Assembly (NCBI RefSeq): GCF_044704955.1
Contig: NC_091980.1
Span: 93,248,001-93,312,000 of the forward strand
Origin: Pristiophorus japonicus
Lineage: Eukaryota
Length of the DNA stretch: 64,000 bases
Direction of reading: 5' to 3'
The notes beneath the pieces were generated by a model. The model saw nothing but the letters and a program-made list of their open reading frames with translations. It was not told the origin of the DNA and did no database searches. The position numbers and the translations under genes were made by a program. Shown here piece after piece: positions 63,571-64,000 of this stretch (positions within the stretch are counted from its first letter, which is position 1; each line of letters starts with the position of its first letter).

Positions 63571-64000
63571 TTTTACAATTGATATAATGGTGAGTTTTTA
63601 AAAAGATGTGTTTCCATTGCTAAAATAGTGCTAAGTATCAAGATCTACCTCAGTGACTCATGCTGCGTATCCTGTGGTACTTGTCCAAATGATGATTTTG
63701 CAGGTGGAAAGACAGAATTTTACACTGAATACCAGCTGATTTTCATAACACTGGAGCGCCACCCATTTTTACAGCTGTCCAATTTTCTGGTAACACTTCT
63801 GCAAGACACCAGAGGTCCAAATAAGGGTGGGCATGTTAAAATGAAGCAGCAAGGACAGTGTGACATCATATTTCCTGCCACTGCCATCTCAATAACATTG
63901 GATGTAATTCAGGCCACCATACAACAGGCCTCCAATGTTGCTAGGGCTACCAAATGTGGAAGTGATTTTAAATCGCTGCAGCTGGTGTGTTAATTGTTAC

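Noticed and set aside
47404-64000. Preceding ABLIM3 exon (expected to resemble DGVPYCE...GRVLE)
   Set aside because: Not found by eye, so probably beyond the window end.

Overview
Eukaryotic (vertebrate) DNA. The repeat families suggest a cartilaginous fish (shark), which is an inference. The whole window lies inside the minus-strand host gene ABLIM3 (actin-binding LIM protein 3). Four coding exons with canonical AG/GT ends splice in frame (47316-47403, 13667-13725, 11700-11774, 4481-4636) and cover most of LIM4 plus the following linker. The rest is intron, densely filled with transposons: about a dozen CR1 LINE copies, several nested; three decayed PIF/Harbinger elements with transposase remnants, two also carrying a convergent intron-containing Myb/SANT gene; two internally deleted Harbinger relatives; many Harbinger-type MITEs; an RTE LINE plus a bipartite RTE-tailed non-autonomous element; Tx1-like and Vingi-like 3' fragments; a DeuSINE; a possible solo LTR; and Penelope-type termini with hammerhead-like cores. 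I see no clearly new protein-coding system. The best leads are RNA-structure or regulatory: a TSD-flanked Penelope-type foldback with hammerhead-like cores, inverted CR1s bracketing two small exons (circRNA geometry), a kb-scale CR1 inverted repeat, a perfect 26-bp hairpin, and a promoter-like island inside the large intron. All family names come from recalled motifs, not database searches.
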